From Elusimicrobiota bacterium (GTDB taxonomy: Bacteria > Elusimicrobiota > Elusimicrobia > UBA1565 > UBA9628), in the NCBI GenBank assembly GCA_003151975.1, contig PLZD01000010.1, positions 201,261 through 265,260 of the forward strand: 64,000 bases of DNA. The letters are read 5' to 3'. Within the stretch, counting starts at the first letter, position 1. Each line of letters starts with the position of its first letter. The notes beneath the pieces were generated by a model. The model was not told the DNA's origin. It worked only from the letters and a program-made list of their open reading frames with translations, and ran no database searches. This document shows, one piece after another, positions 1 to 8,473 of this stretch. Position numbers and translations under genes: made by a program.

Positions 1-2
1 TC

Positions 3-266
3 GTGGTGTCCGCCGTGCCCGATCCCGCGTTTGCCATCGACCCCAAGTGGATCAAACCCGGGGCCGCCGTCGTCGACGTCTCTTATCAGGGAAACATCGA
101 CACCGCGGCGCTTGGAGACGAGGTGGCCTTTGCCACCGCGCCGGGAAACCGCATCGGCCAAGTCACGCGCGCCATGATGTTCGTGAACCTCATCTACTGC
201 GCGCAGAGCCTCAAGAAAGAAAAAGACGCCGAGGCTATTGGAAAAGGTCGGCCGGCAGCGAGCTGA
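3..266 (+). CDS. folD: FolD-like methylenetetrahydrofolate dehydrogenase/cyclohydrolase, C-terminal fragment (5' end outside window)
   Basis: WIKPGAAVVDV...IGQVTRAMMFVNL resembles the FolD NAD(P)-binding C-terminus, though divergent from the usual GGVGPMT motif. Confidence 0.6.
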   Translation: MVSAVPDPAFAIDPKWIKPGAAVVDVSYQGNIDTAALGDEVAFATAPGNRIGQVTRAMMFVNLIYCAQSLKKEKDAEAIGKGRPAAS

Positions 267-1095
267 TCTGTTCGGAGAGACGGGCGACCGTCGAGGGCCG
301 GAGCCGCCGAGCGGCCACTTTCTTCAGTAGAAAATTCCGCAGCTTGTCGAGATCGTCGGTGTTGATTAGGTCGACTCCCGCCACGTAAAGCTCCGCCCAA
401 AGCGCTTCCTTTGCCGGAATGCCGTAGAAGCGCAGCTTGCGCCCCTTGGCGTGCGCCTCGTCGGCGTAGCGCTTAAGCCTCTTGCGGTCGGAGCTGTCCA
501 TCGGGCCGCCGTGCCACTGGAAGCGGCTGTAGAAATTCTCGCTGATGGTGGGGAAAAGCGTCTTGTCATCCTTGCCGAGGTCGCCCAAATCCCCATCGAT
601 CCCCGCCCAACGCTTATTTTCGACTTTCAGCAGGTCGTTGGGCCGGTGTCCCGTGATCGAGATCGTGACCGCGCCCTCGTCGACATGATCCGCGTAGTAG
701 ACAGAAAGCATCTCTTTGTAGGGCTCCAGCATTTCCTTTAACACCGGGTAGGAGTCCTCGCCGTTCGATTTGAACTCGATCATCAGCAGGAAGCCCTTGG
801 GTCCGCCGGGATAAACGCGTCCGCCGTTCTGGCGAACCAGCTTCAGCAGGGGATCGAGGTAAAGCGAGCGCAGGGTCCGGTCCTTCTTGATGCCGGAGCC
901 CGTGTGCGCGACGAAGAGCTCGCGCCCGCGCAAATGGACGTCGGCCTCGACGCCGAAGAAGCCGTGGTCGAGTGCGTCGAAGAGCGGGCGCTTGTGCTCG
1001 TAGTCGTTGTGGGCGTAGGCGCGGACAAGAACGGGGGGAGGCGCGGGCGCCGCCGCGTGCGAGGCTAAAACCAGGCTCAAGAGAAAAGCGATCAC
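235..1095 (-). CDS. Secreted PI-PLC/glycerophosphodiester phosphodiesterase-like protein (AIM6-like)
   Basis: YAHNDY...GFFGVEADVH motif and signal peptide; GTG at 1095 lies 6 nt below TATAAT (1102-1107). Confidence 0.8.
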   Translation of the reverse strand: MIAFLLSLVLASHAAAPAPPPVLVRAYAHNDYEHKRPLFDALDHGFFGVEADVHLRGRELFVAHTGSGIKKDRTLRSLYLDPLLKLVRQNGGRVYPGGPKGFLLMIEFKSNGEDSYPVLKEMLEPYKEMLSVYYADHVDEGAVTISITGHRPNDLLKVENKRWAGIDGDLGDLGKDDKTLFPTISENFYSRFQWHGGPMDSSDRKRLKRYADEAHAKGRKLRFYGIPAKEALWAELYVAGVDLINTDDLDKLRNFLLKKVAARRLRPSTVARLSEQISSLPADLFQ

Positions 1096-1102
1096 GCTCG
1101 AA

Positions 1103-1711
1103 TTATAATACACCCAAAGCCGCCAATTCACGCCGAAGGTTCGTGCACGGCCGGTTGTGGATGACGCGAATGCCCATGAGCTTGGCGGCCTCGACGTTCT
1201 CCTTCATGTCGTCGATGAAGACGGCTTGCTCCGCGGAGACACCCGCCATTTTAAGCGCGGCGCGGTAGATGGCGGGCTCGGGCTTGCGCAGACCCAATTC
1301 GTACGAGAGCACCGCCCCGTCGACGAGGCCCGCGAAGCTGTAGCGGGCGCGGATAAACTCGTAGTGCAGGTAGTTCGTGTTGGAGAGAAGGAACGTCGGA
1401 TGCTTTTCTGCGACCGCCTTCAGCGCGAAGGCGCCCTTGCGGTCGAGCTCGAAGTAGCCGCACCAGAGCTTGTTGAAATCGGGGAAGCTTCCTTTGTAGC
1501 CCAGCTCGCTGCGGAAGCGCTCGTAGAGCTCCTGCGGCTCGATGGTCCCGCGTTCGATGTCGTCGACGATCGTCGATGACCAGAAATAGCGCGCGACCTT
1601 AAGCGGGTGGTGGCCCACCGCCCAGGCGATGCGCCGCACGGCCTGCTTGACGCTCACCTTGAGCAGGACGTTGCCGATGTCGAAGAAGACGACGGGCGGT
1701 TCCTTTTTCAT
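1103..1711 (-). CDS. HAD-family phosphatase
   Basis: FFDIGNVL, LSNTN, RKPEPAIY and FIDD motifs. Confidence 0.9.
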   Translation of the reverse strand: MKKEPPVVFFDIGNVLLKVSVKQAVRRIAWAVGHHPLKVARYFWSSTIVDDIERGTIEPQELYERFRSELGYKGSFPDFNKLWCGYFELDRKGAFALKAVAEKHPTFLLSNTNYLHYEFIRARYSFAGLVDGAVLSYELGLRKPEPAIYRAALKMAGVSAEQAVFIDDMKENVEAAKLMGIRVIHNRPCTNLRRELAALGVL

Positions 1712-1741
1712 GACCCGAGGGTATGATATATTAAGCGCCGC

Positions 1742-2635
1742 ATGTCCGCCACTCCTCGCGAGCGAATCGCCGATCTCGGCTTGATCTATTGCGCCGCCGT
1801 TTGGGGCGCGACGTTTTACATGGTCAAGGGCGCGCTTACGGCCGTCGATCCGACGGCGCTGGTCGCGTGGCGCTTTCTGCTGTCGGCGGCACTCCTACTG
1901 CCGTGGGTTTTGCGCAAGCCGAAAATATTCATCCTGCTTAAGGAATCCGCGATCCTGGCCCTCATCCTCGGCACGCTTTACCTGACCCAGACTGAGGGCC
2001 TGCGCTATACATCCGCCTCGAATTCGGGCTTCATCACGGGGCTCTTCGTGATCTTCGTGCCTTTGTTCCTGCTTGTTTTTTTTGGCAAGCCGCCGACGGT
2101 GGTGCAATGGGCCGCATCCGCTCTGGCCCTGGCGGGCCTGTGGCTTCTGACGGGAGGCCTCGGCCGCTGCAATCGGGGAGATCTGCTGACCATCGGCGCC
2201 GCGGTCACCTACGCGGCGCATCTGCTCGCCACCGACAAATACGTGCGGGCGGATGCCGACGCGATCATCTTGGCCTTCCATCAGTTTTGGATGACGGGCC
2301 TCTACGCGCTGGCGCTGGCTTTGGTCGCGGGGCGCCCGCTGGGCGTCGGCAGCGCTAAAGCCGGCGGCACGATCGTCTTTCTGGCCATTTTCCCGACGCT
2401 GTCGGCGTTCTATATCCAGATGCTCGCGCAGAAATTCACCGCGCCCGTGAAGGTCTCGCTGATCTTCTCGCTCGAGCCGGTCTTTGCCGCGCTCTTTGCG
2501 TGGACTGTCGGTGGCGAGGAGTTCGTTGCGGCGCGGGCGGCGGGCGGCGGCCTCATCGTCGCCGCGATGATCGTCGATGAAATCTCGAAGTTGTCCTTGC
2601 TGAAGGGCCGCAAGAAGGAGGTCCTGCCCGTTTGA
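1742..2635 (+). CDS. DMT/EamA family transporter
   Basis: About 10 TM helices; WGATF and IFSLEPVFA motifs. Confidence 0.9.
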   Translation: MSATPRERIADLGLIYCAAVWGATFYMVKGALTAVDPTALVAWRFLLSAALLLPWVLRKPKIFILLKESAILALILGTLYLTQTEGLRYTSASNSGFITGLFVIFVPLFLLVFFGKPPTVVQWAASALALAGLWLLTGGLGRCNRGDLLTIGAAVTYAAHLLATDKYVRADADAIILAFHQFWMTGLYALALALVAGRPLGVGSAKAGGTIVFLAIFPTLSAFYIQMLAQKFTAPVKVSLIFSLEPVFAALFAWTVGGEEFVAARAAGGGLIVAAMIVDEISKLSLLKGRKKEVLPV

Positions 2636-3339
2636 TCAAGGCGATCGGGTTTCTGGAGTCATGCTTCGCCGAGAAATTCGGCACGCCGCGCCAGCCGATG
2701 CTCGTGCCGGCGGCGGCGGCCAAGCTCAAGATCTTCAAGCAGTTCATCCCCGAGCAATCCCTCAAAGGCCTCGAGGAGTTCTCGCACGTCTGGCTGCTCA
2801 GCTGGTTTCATCTTAACACGAACAAATCCTTCAAGTCGACGGTGCATCCGCCCCGGCTCAAAGGCAAGACGGTCGGGGTTTTTGCGAGCCGCTCGCCGCA
2901 TCGCCCGAGCCCGATCGGCCTCTCGGTGGCCAAGCTCGAGAAGATCGAAGGCGACACGCTGTATCTTTCGGGCGCGGATCTCGTCGACGGCACGCCGATC
3001 CTCGATATCAAGCCCTACATCCCCTCATATGACCTGATCGCGCGCGCGAAATCGGGCTGGACGGGACGCGCGGGGCGCGCCGAGCTCAAGGTCGCGTTCG
3101 CGCCGGGATTCACGGTCGCGCCGGCCCTCAAGAAATTGCTTTCGCAGATTCTCAAGCAGGACCTGCGCAATCCGCGCGATCGCTCCCAGCTTCAAGACGG
3201 CCGCGAGCACGAGTTGCGGCTCAAGGACTGCTCGGTCACTTACGAGGTGCGCGGAAAAACCGCGCGGGTCACGTCGATCGGACCGGCCTTGGCGAAGGAT
3301 TACGCCAAGCCCGGCCGGGTTCCCAAAGAGCTCTTGTAA
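2632..3339 (+). CDS. trmO: tRNA (N6-threonylcarbamoyladenosine-37) methyltransferase TrmO/TsaA
   Basis: KFGTPRQ, GVFASRSPHRPSPIGLS and DLVDGTPILDIKPY motifs. Confidence 0.92.
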   Translation: MIKAIGFLESCFAEKFGTPRQPMLVPAAAAKLKIFKQFIPEQSLKGLEEFSHVWLLSWFHLNTNKSFKSTVHPPRLKGKTVGVFASRSPHRPSPIGLSVAKLEKIEGDTLYLSGADLVDGTPILDIKPYIPSYDLIARAKSGWTGRAGRAELKVAFAPGFTVAPALKKLLSQILKQDLRNPRDRSQLQDGREHELRLKDCSVTYEVRGKTARVTSIGPALAKDYAKPGRVPKELL

Positions 3340-3369
3340 TCCCTATCAGGGGAGAGCTAACATTGAGGC

Positions 3370-3786
3370 ATGAAGATTTCGAATTGGCTGGGAGCCGTCC
3401 TCTGCGCCGTCGTGCTCGCCGCGCCGGCAAATGCCGTGAAGCTCAAGACCTCGGATGCCTCGATCCGTTTCGAGGACTCGAGCTCGTCTTGGAAGGTCAA
3501 GATCAAGCTCTGCAATAAGACCGGCGGGGATTCCGAGACCGTGTTCTACGAGATCCGGCTTTTTCAGCTTGCCGAGCCGATCGATCCCGAGACCAAAAGC
3601 TGGAAGATCGCGGCGTGGACCGATTCCGCCCTGCCGGCGGGCCAGTGCCAGACCGAGGATTTCCCCGTCACCGTCGACGTCGCCAAAGTCCCGTCCGACA
3701 CGTACCACGTCGTCCTTTGGGCCGGCGACGGCTCGGGGCACGGCAAGAAGCGCTACGTCTCCGACCACAACTACATCAAGAACTAG
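3370..3786 (+). CDS. Secreted hypothetical protein, probably Ig-like beta-sandwich
   Basis: Signal peptide, beta-strand pattern and one Cys pair; TAACAT 6 nt upstream of ATG. Confidence 0.7.
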   Translation: MKISNWLGAVLCAVVLAAPANAVKLKTSDASIRFEDSSSSWKVKIKLCNKTGGDSETVFYEIRLFQLAEPIDPETKSWKIAAWTDSALPAGQCQTEDFPVTVDVAKVPSDTYHVVLWAGDGSGHGKKRYVSDHNYIKN

Positions 3787-3789
3787 CCC

Positions 3790-4707
3790 TTAGGGCTTTG
3801 GCGGCTTCATGCCTCCGCCGCCGGAGCCGCGGTAGGCGATCAGCTCGTTGAGGAAATCAGACTTCTCGGGCACGAGCGTGATGTCGGCCTCGCCGTCGAG
3901 GACCTTCTGCGTCTCCATCGCCTCGAACATGGTCTCGAGAATATCGGGGTCGGAAGAGATTTCCTTGAGAGCCTGGCCCACGATCTTCGGACGCAGCGCC
4001 GCGGCTTCGGCAAAGGCGACCGCGGCGGTGCGCTGCGCGGTGCTGGCGATGATGTTGACTTGGTTCTCGCCGTCTTGTTTGATCGCCGCCGTCACTTGGC
4101 GTAGTCGATTGACGACTTTCTCCTCGATCTGCCGGATCATGGCGACGTCCCTGAAGTGCACTTTCCGTATGTAGACCGAGCCGAGCTTGTAGCCCCACTC
4201 GTGACTCGTGGGGCTGACCTCGTCGCGCACGACCGCGCTCATTTGGTGGCGGTTGCCGAGCATGTCGGCGAGCTTCATGTTGGAGAGGCCGCGGACCGTC
4301 GCGTTGCTGACGTTGGCCGCCAGCGAGCCCTGCGGGTCGGCGTTCTTGAAGAGGTAGGCCACGGGGTCCGAGATGAACATCTCATACCAGATGCCGATGC
4401 CCATGGGCGCGCCTTCTTCTGAATTGACGGGCTCCGAGCGGCGATAGACCTGGTCCATGCGCATGTCGAGCGTGTAGCAGGTGCCGACCCAATTGACGAT
4501 GAGCGCCTTGGGACCGAAGCGGAACCACAGCCAGTGCAGGCCCGGGTCGGTGATGACGTCCTCGACGTTGCCGAAGAGGACGAAGACCTTGGCCGTGCCT
4601 TCATTGACGATCGTGTAGAAGCCGAACGCGCGCAGGATGCCGAAGAAGATCGGCACGCCGAGCATGCAGCCGAAGAAGGTGATGAACGCCGCGTAGAGGA
4701 AGTTCAT
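3790..4707 (-). CDS. SPFH/band-7 domain membrane protein
   Basis: N-terminal TM, GFYTIVNEG...FG...PGLH and WGYKLGSVYIR patterns, C-terminal coiled coil. Confidence 0.85.
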   Translation of the reverse strand: MNFLYAAFITFFGCMLGVPIFFGILRAFGFYTIVNEGTAKVFVLFGNVEDVITDPGLHWLWFRFGPKALIVNWVGTCYTLDMRMDQVYRRSEPVNSEEGAPMGIGIWYEMFISDPVAYLFKNADPQGSLAANVSNATVRGLSNMKLADMLGNRHQMSAVVRDEVSPTSHEWGYKLGSVYIRKVHFRDVAMIRQIEEKVVNRLRQVTAAIKQDGENQVNIIASTAQRTAAVAFAEAAALRPKIVGQALKEISSDPDILETMFEAMETQKVLDGEADITLVPEKSDFLNELIAYRGSGGGGMKPPKP

Positions 4708-4708
4708 G

Positions 4709-5704
4709 TTATTTTCTCACCTCCAGCACGAACTGTTTGGCCTGCGAGAACAGCGAGAGCCGCACGTTGCGCAAGTACGCGACGAGAGCCGCGGCGCCTC
4801 CGATGGCGCGCAGCGAGGTCAGCTGCTTGGCCAGCGCCAGCAGGGGCTCGACTTCGGCCTGAGCCTTGAGCGTCTCGATTTCGACCGCTCGTTTCGATTG
4901 CACTATTTTCTGATCCGCGGAGGCTTGCGCGAGCGAAATCTCGGACGAAACCGAGTTGTGCGCGGTGTTGATCGCCGCCAGCGCCGACTCGACGTCGGCG
5001 GGCGGGTCGATGCCGGTTATTAAGGAGGCGTCGAGCACTATGCCGTAGCGCGCGGTCGACGACTTGCAGTCGCGGTCCATCTGGTCGTTCAGTGAGCGCA
5101 GATTCTTGCGGATGTCGTTGATCGAGATGCCGACGACGTCGGAAAGCCCCGTGCCGGTGCTCGCGGGGTCGATGGCGACCTTAGGCGCCTCGAAGGTCGC
5201 GATCTTCTCGCGTAGAACCGAGACGAAGTAGCCGGTCACGTGCACGATCGGGTTCTTGATGCCGAAAAGGTAGGCGTAAAGGTTTCGCTCGGCGACGCGG
5301 TAACGGATTTGTCCCGTCAGGCCGGTGTTGAGTTGGTCCATCGTGACGGCTTCGAGGAGGGTGCCGCCGCGGTTGGCCTCGGGCGTCTCGGGGTCGTAGG
5401 CGATGTTGACGGACTCGGTCGCGACCGTCACCTTGTATACCTTTTCCCACGGCCATTTGAAGTAGGGTCCCCCTGGCGGGATCACGAGAAGCTGGGGGTA
5501 GTTGTAGCGCGTCTGCTCGTCCTTGTTAAGCGTGTTGGCCATCTCGGGATCGCTGAGCGTGGTGACCCCTTCGATGCGCTGCGCGCGGCCGAAGCTCGTC
5601 TTGACCGCGCGTTCGTTCTGGTCGACCGTGTAGAGCCCGGCGACGAGATAGTTGAGCAGGAACCAAGCGACGAAGCCGAGAAAACAGCCGAAGATAATGG
5701 ACAT
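4709..5704 (-). CDS. SPFH/band-7 domain membrane protein (second paralog)
   Basis: GLYTVDQNERAVKTSFG, PGGPYFKWPW and YGIVLDASLITGIDPP; start refined to ATG 5704 (TACACT 6 nt upstream). Confidence 0.85.
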   Translation of the reverse strand: MSIIFGCFLGFVAWFLLNYLVAGLYTVDQNERAVKTSFGRAQRIEGVTTLSDPEMANTLNKDEQTRYNYPQLLVIPPGGPYFKWPWEKVYKVTVATESVNIAYDPETPEANRGGTLLEAVTMDQLNTGLTGQIRYRVAERNLYAYLFGIKNPIVHVTGYFVSVLREKIATFEAPKVAIDPASTGTGLSDVVGISINDIRKNLRSLNDQMDRDCKSSTARYGIVLDASLITGIDPPADVESALAAINTAHNSVSSEISLAQASADQKIVQSKRAVEIETLKAQAEVEPLLALAKQLTSLRAIGGAAALVAYLRNVRLSLFSQAKQFVLEVRK

Positions 5705-5755
5705 GGGCCAAGTGTAGACCGGCAACGGCGGGCCGTCAAGGCCTGCGGCGGGGGC

Positions 5756-6136
5756 CTAGTGCTTTCTGCCGGTCAGCAAGGCTTCGACGACCTGCATGAG
5801 TTCGTCGGGCTCGCCGGACTTGACCACGAAATGATCGGGCTTGCCGCCTTCGACGATCTTGAGCATCTCGCCCGCCATGGTGGTGAGAATGACCACGGGC
5901 ACGGACCGGTAGTCTTTGTTCGACTTGAGCTCGGCGCAGACCTTCATGCCGGTGGTGTCGCCCAATTCGTGATCGAGGACGAAGAGGTCGGGACGCCGCT
6001 TTCCGGCGGCGGGCAGGACGTCTTTGCCGCGGGGGAGTATGGTCACCTCGCAGAAGTCCTCGGCCGTCAGCCAGCGCGAGATGAGCTCGCGCCAGCCCTC
6101 GTCGTCCTCGGCCACGATGATGTAAGGGCGCGCCAT
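5756..6136 (-). CDS. Single-domain response regulator (CheY-like)
   Basis: AEDD, PDLFVLD and PVVILT receiver motifs with conserved Lys. Confidence 0.9.
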   Translation of the reverse strand: MARPYIIVAEDDEGWRELISRWLTAEDFCEVTILPRGKDVLPAAGKRRPDLFVLDHELGDTTGMKVCAELKSNKDYRSVPVVILTTMAGEMLKIVEGGKPDHFVVKSGEPDELMQVVEALLTGRKH

Positions 6137-6164
6137 TGGACTATGAGTGTAGCAGGACAAGAGG

Positions 6165-6650
6165 CTATCGGCAAGGCGTCTCGAAGCGGTAGTAGGCCGG
6201 ATCGGGGACGACGGGCACCCAACGGTCGCGCCCGGGGATTTGGACCGCGCCCCACTCCGTCGCCTCTTCGCGCCCGGCCACCCGGAATCGCGCGCGCACG
6301 GTCCAGAAATACTTGGCGCATGAGGCGAGAGCTTTCTGGAATTGATAGCGGGGGAAAGGGAGGCTGTCGGCCTCGTCGATGAGCCTTCCGGGCGCGCCGT
6401 TTTCCGAAAGATAGACTTTAAGGTCGTAGACGACCCATTTGGCGTCGTCGCGCGGCGGGTAGGCTTCCCAACGCATCATGGGCTTGGTCGACTCGACGGT
6501 CGTGAAGAGGACTTCCTTTCCATGGGCCAGCACCTGGGGATATTCGGGTTTGAGTCCGTAGACCGCGGCGTTCTCCGCGCAGGCGCCAAGACAAAGGATC
6601 AAGACTAGGGGGAGCGCGGATCGGACCTTAGGGTTGCTGGGGGCCCGCAT
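6165..6650 (-). CDS. Putative lipoprotein with FN3/Ig-like domain
   Basis: Lipobox-like LCLGAC; YFWTVRAR FN3-like strand. Confidence 0.65.
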   Translation of the reverse strand: MRAPSNPKVRSALPLVLILCLGACAENAAVYGLKPEYPQVLAHGKEVLFTTVESTKPMMRWEAYPPRDDAKWVVYDLKVYLSENGAPGRLIDEADSLPFPRYQFQKALASCAKYFWTVRARFRVAGREEATEWGAVQIPGRDRWVPVVPDPAYYRFETPCR

Positions 6651-7209
6651 AGACCAGGAAGATGTCGTCGGCGGCCTTCTGCGCGAGCTCTTTTAGGCCC
6701 TCGTCCAGGTCGGCCCGCACCGCGGCGGCGTCATAGGCTCGCCATTCCGGCATGGTCCTCTTGGGGCTGCGAAACTCGATCTTCTGGTCGTAGATCGAGC
6801 GGCCGTAAGCCGGCTGCACGAGCCGCGCCCGCGCGCGCAGCACGAGCGCGGGCGCGTCGTCCATCAACGAATCCTTCGCCAGCACGATGCGCTCGATGCG
6901 CACCTCGAGCATCGTGGGCGCCACGTCCTGAGTCGCGGGCGCGAAATTGTAGCCTTTGAGCTTCTTGACGCGCGCGAGCACCTCGCCGCGCAGGCGCTCC
7001 TGGAGGCCCGAGGCGGCGAGGCTTGCGGCGACGGTAGGGTCGGTGTCCGGAGCGTAGCTCGACTGGGCGATGGCGATCAGCCCGTACTCTCCGCGCGTCT
7101 GCAGGGAGGGGGTGGGGAGCGCCCTGTTGGGTTGGGCGGCCGCGGCCGTGATCAAAGTCACAAGTCCGACCGCTCCAAAAAAAATCTCCGCTCGGCGCGA
7201 GATCATCAT
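6628..7209 (-). CDS. Exported hypothetical protein
   Basis: Signal peptide and host-like codon usage; overlaps the downstream lipoprotein gene. Confidence 0.65.
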   Translation of the reverse strand: MMISRRAEIFFGAVGLVTLITAAAAQPNRALPTPSLQTRGEYGLIAIAQSSYAPDTDPTVAASLAASGLQERLRGEVLARVKKLKGYNFAPATQDVAPTMLEVRIERIVLAKDSLMDDAPALVLRARARLVQPAYGRSIYDQKIEFRSPKRTMPEWRAYDAAAVRADLDEGLKELAQKAADDIFLVYAGPQQP

Positions 7210-7223
7210 CCCTATATATATGC

Positions 7224-7239
7224 AGCAACAAGTGCGCCA
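7224..7239 (-). promoter_or_regulatory. Sigma54-type -24/-12 promoter TGGCGC-ACTTG-TTGCT
   Basis: Matches TGGCAC-N5-TTGCW with one mismatch; ends 14 nt above ATG 7209; AT-rich IHF-like AAATCAA tract upstream (~7301). Confidence 0.65.
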
Positions 7240-7353
7240 TTTCCAGGCCCGATCGGTCAGGTATTGTCAGCGACTGTCGCCGATATAAAATAATGCAGCT
7301 AAATCAATCATTATTTTTGTCGTTCATACTATTTCGGTACACAAGTGTCACAC

Positions 7354-7394
7354 AAAAGAAACCGCCCCGCTCTTGTCGGAGCGGGGCGTGTTTC
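7354..7394 (-). terminator. Rho-independent terminator
   Basis: Perfect 10-bp stem CGCCCCGCTC/GAGCGGGGCG (7363-7372/7379-7388) with 6-nt loop, followed on the minus strand by GUUUCUUUU. Confidence 0.85.
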
Positions 7395-7471
7395 GTTGTG
7401 TGAGGTCTCTGTTGTCGGTTCTGTTGTCGCCCTAAGTTGTCGTTCTCGTTGTCTCGCTGTTGTACGCCAGT
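7354..7471 (-). ncRNA. Candidate novel small RNA with six ACAAC repeats (putative protein sponge)
   Basis: Extended -10 TGgTATGAT (7486-7478), no start codon, ACAAC at 7463, 7452, 7440, 7427, 7415 and 7399, then an intrinsic terminator. Confidence 0.7.
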
Positions 7472-7567
7472 GATTAGATCATACCAGACCTTTACCGAAA
7501 ATTTATTTCGGGGTTGTTACAAACCACGGACTAGCGTCCGGACGATTTTCGAGCTAAACTCTAAGGG

Positions 7568-8473
7568 ATGCGCCGCGCGATCATACTCGCCGTCTTCGGC
7601 TCCTGCTTGTGCGCTTGCGAGCCTCCAAAGCAGCCGCCCAAGTTGATCACGCACGACGAGGGCGGGGGCGGCGCGGCGCGCCCGGGATTCACTTACGGCG
7701 GCGGGGGCGGCGGGGGCGGCGCCGACATGGGCTCGACCCAGTTGATCGCCAACAATCCCAAGCTCGCTCCCTTGATTCGTGAGCCGGCGGCCGCTTCGCG
7801 CAAACGCCCCAAGGCCAAGGGCCGCCGCCGTCCGGCCGACGAGGAAATGGACTCCGGCGACATGGGTGATTTTTCCTCCGACGACGACGTCGACGACTCG
7901 ACGCCGACGCCCAAGGCCAAGGAGAATCCCGATCCCGAACCCGCGGGGCCGCTTGTTCAGCGCAAGAGCAAGAGTCTGGACGCAGCTCCCGCCCCGGCCA
8001 ACATCGACACCTCCAATATCAAACCCCTGCCCACGATGAATGGACACGTCAAGTTTCCTCCGCCGCCCGAGGGCGAGGCCGACCAAGAAGAAATCGAGGA
8101 GGCCATGGCCGCCAAGAACACCAAGATGAACATGCCTAAGGACGGCGCGGTCAAGATGGGCGCCGGAGCGGATCTGGCCTTGGACCCCAACTCGCTGGGG
8201 TCCTACCATGTTCAGGTCTCACTGACTCCGTACTTCCGGAACAACGAGATCGACCAAGTCTACGGCTTCGGCACCGATATCCATCTCGAGTATGATCTCG
8301 ACGCCGTGGGCGCGAAGACGGGGAAGTACTTCATCCGCTGGGCGCTGATCGATCTGCTCGACATGGAGCACCCCTTCCACAGGCCCAAGTACTTCAGCTA
8401 CATAGCGCCCTTGGCTAATCCCGAGGAGTCTGGGACTTCCGCAACTCCACCAGGCGCGAGCGGGCCTCGGTGA
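7568..8473 (+). CDS. Putative lipoprotein with long acidic/Pro-rich disordered region
   Basis: MRRAIILAVFGSCLCAC lipobox-like signal; TAAACT 7 nt upstream of ATG. Confidence 0.7.
   Translation: MRRAIILAVFGSCLCACEPPKQPPKLITHDEGGGGAARPGFTYGGGGGGGGADMGSTQLIANNPKLAPLIREPAAASRKRPKAKGRRRPADEEMDSGDMGDFSSDDDVDDSTPTPKAKENPDPEPAGPLVQRKSKSLDAAPAPANIDTSNIKPLPTMNGHVKFPPPPEGEADQEEIEEAMAAKNTKMNMPKDGAVKMGAGADLALDPNSLGSYHVQVSLTPYFRNNEIDQVYGFGTDIHLEYDLDAVGAKTGKYFIRWALIDLLDMEHPFHRPKYFSYIAPLANPEESGTSATPPGASGPR

Noticed and set aside
7395..7463. GTTGT(C) repeats as a CRISPR array, iterons or type III antitoxin (ToxI) repeats
   Set aside because: Repeats are only 5-6 nt with 6-11-nt linkers; no cas, rep or ToxN-like gene is adjacent, and the downstream gene has a signal peptide
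7437..7646. 69-aa plus-strand ORF across the sRNA promoter
   Set aside because: TTG start, no RBS, atypical codon usage, and it overlaps the better-supported 7568 gene
7701..7720. (GGCGGGGGC)-type Gly run in the 7568 lipoprotein as a G-quadruplex or contingency locus
   Set aside because: Short in-frame poly-Gly linker, common in GC-rich disordered proteins
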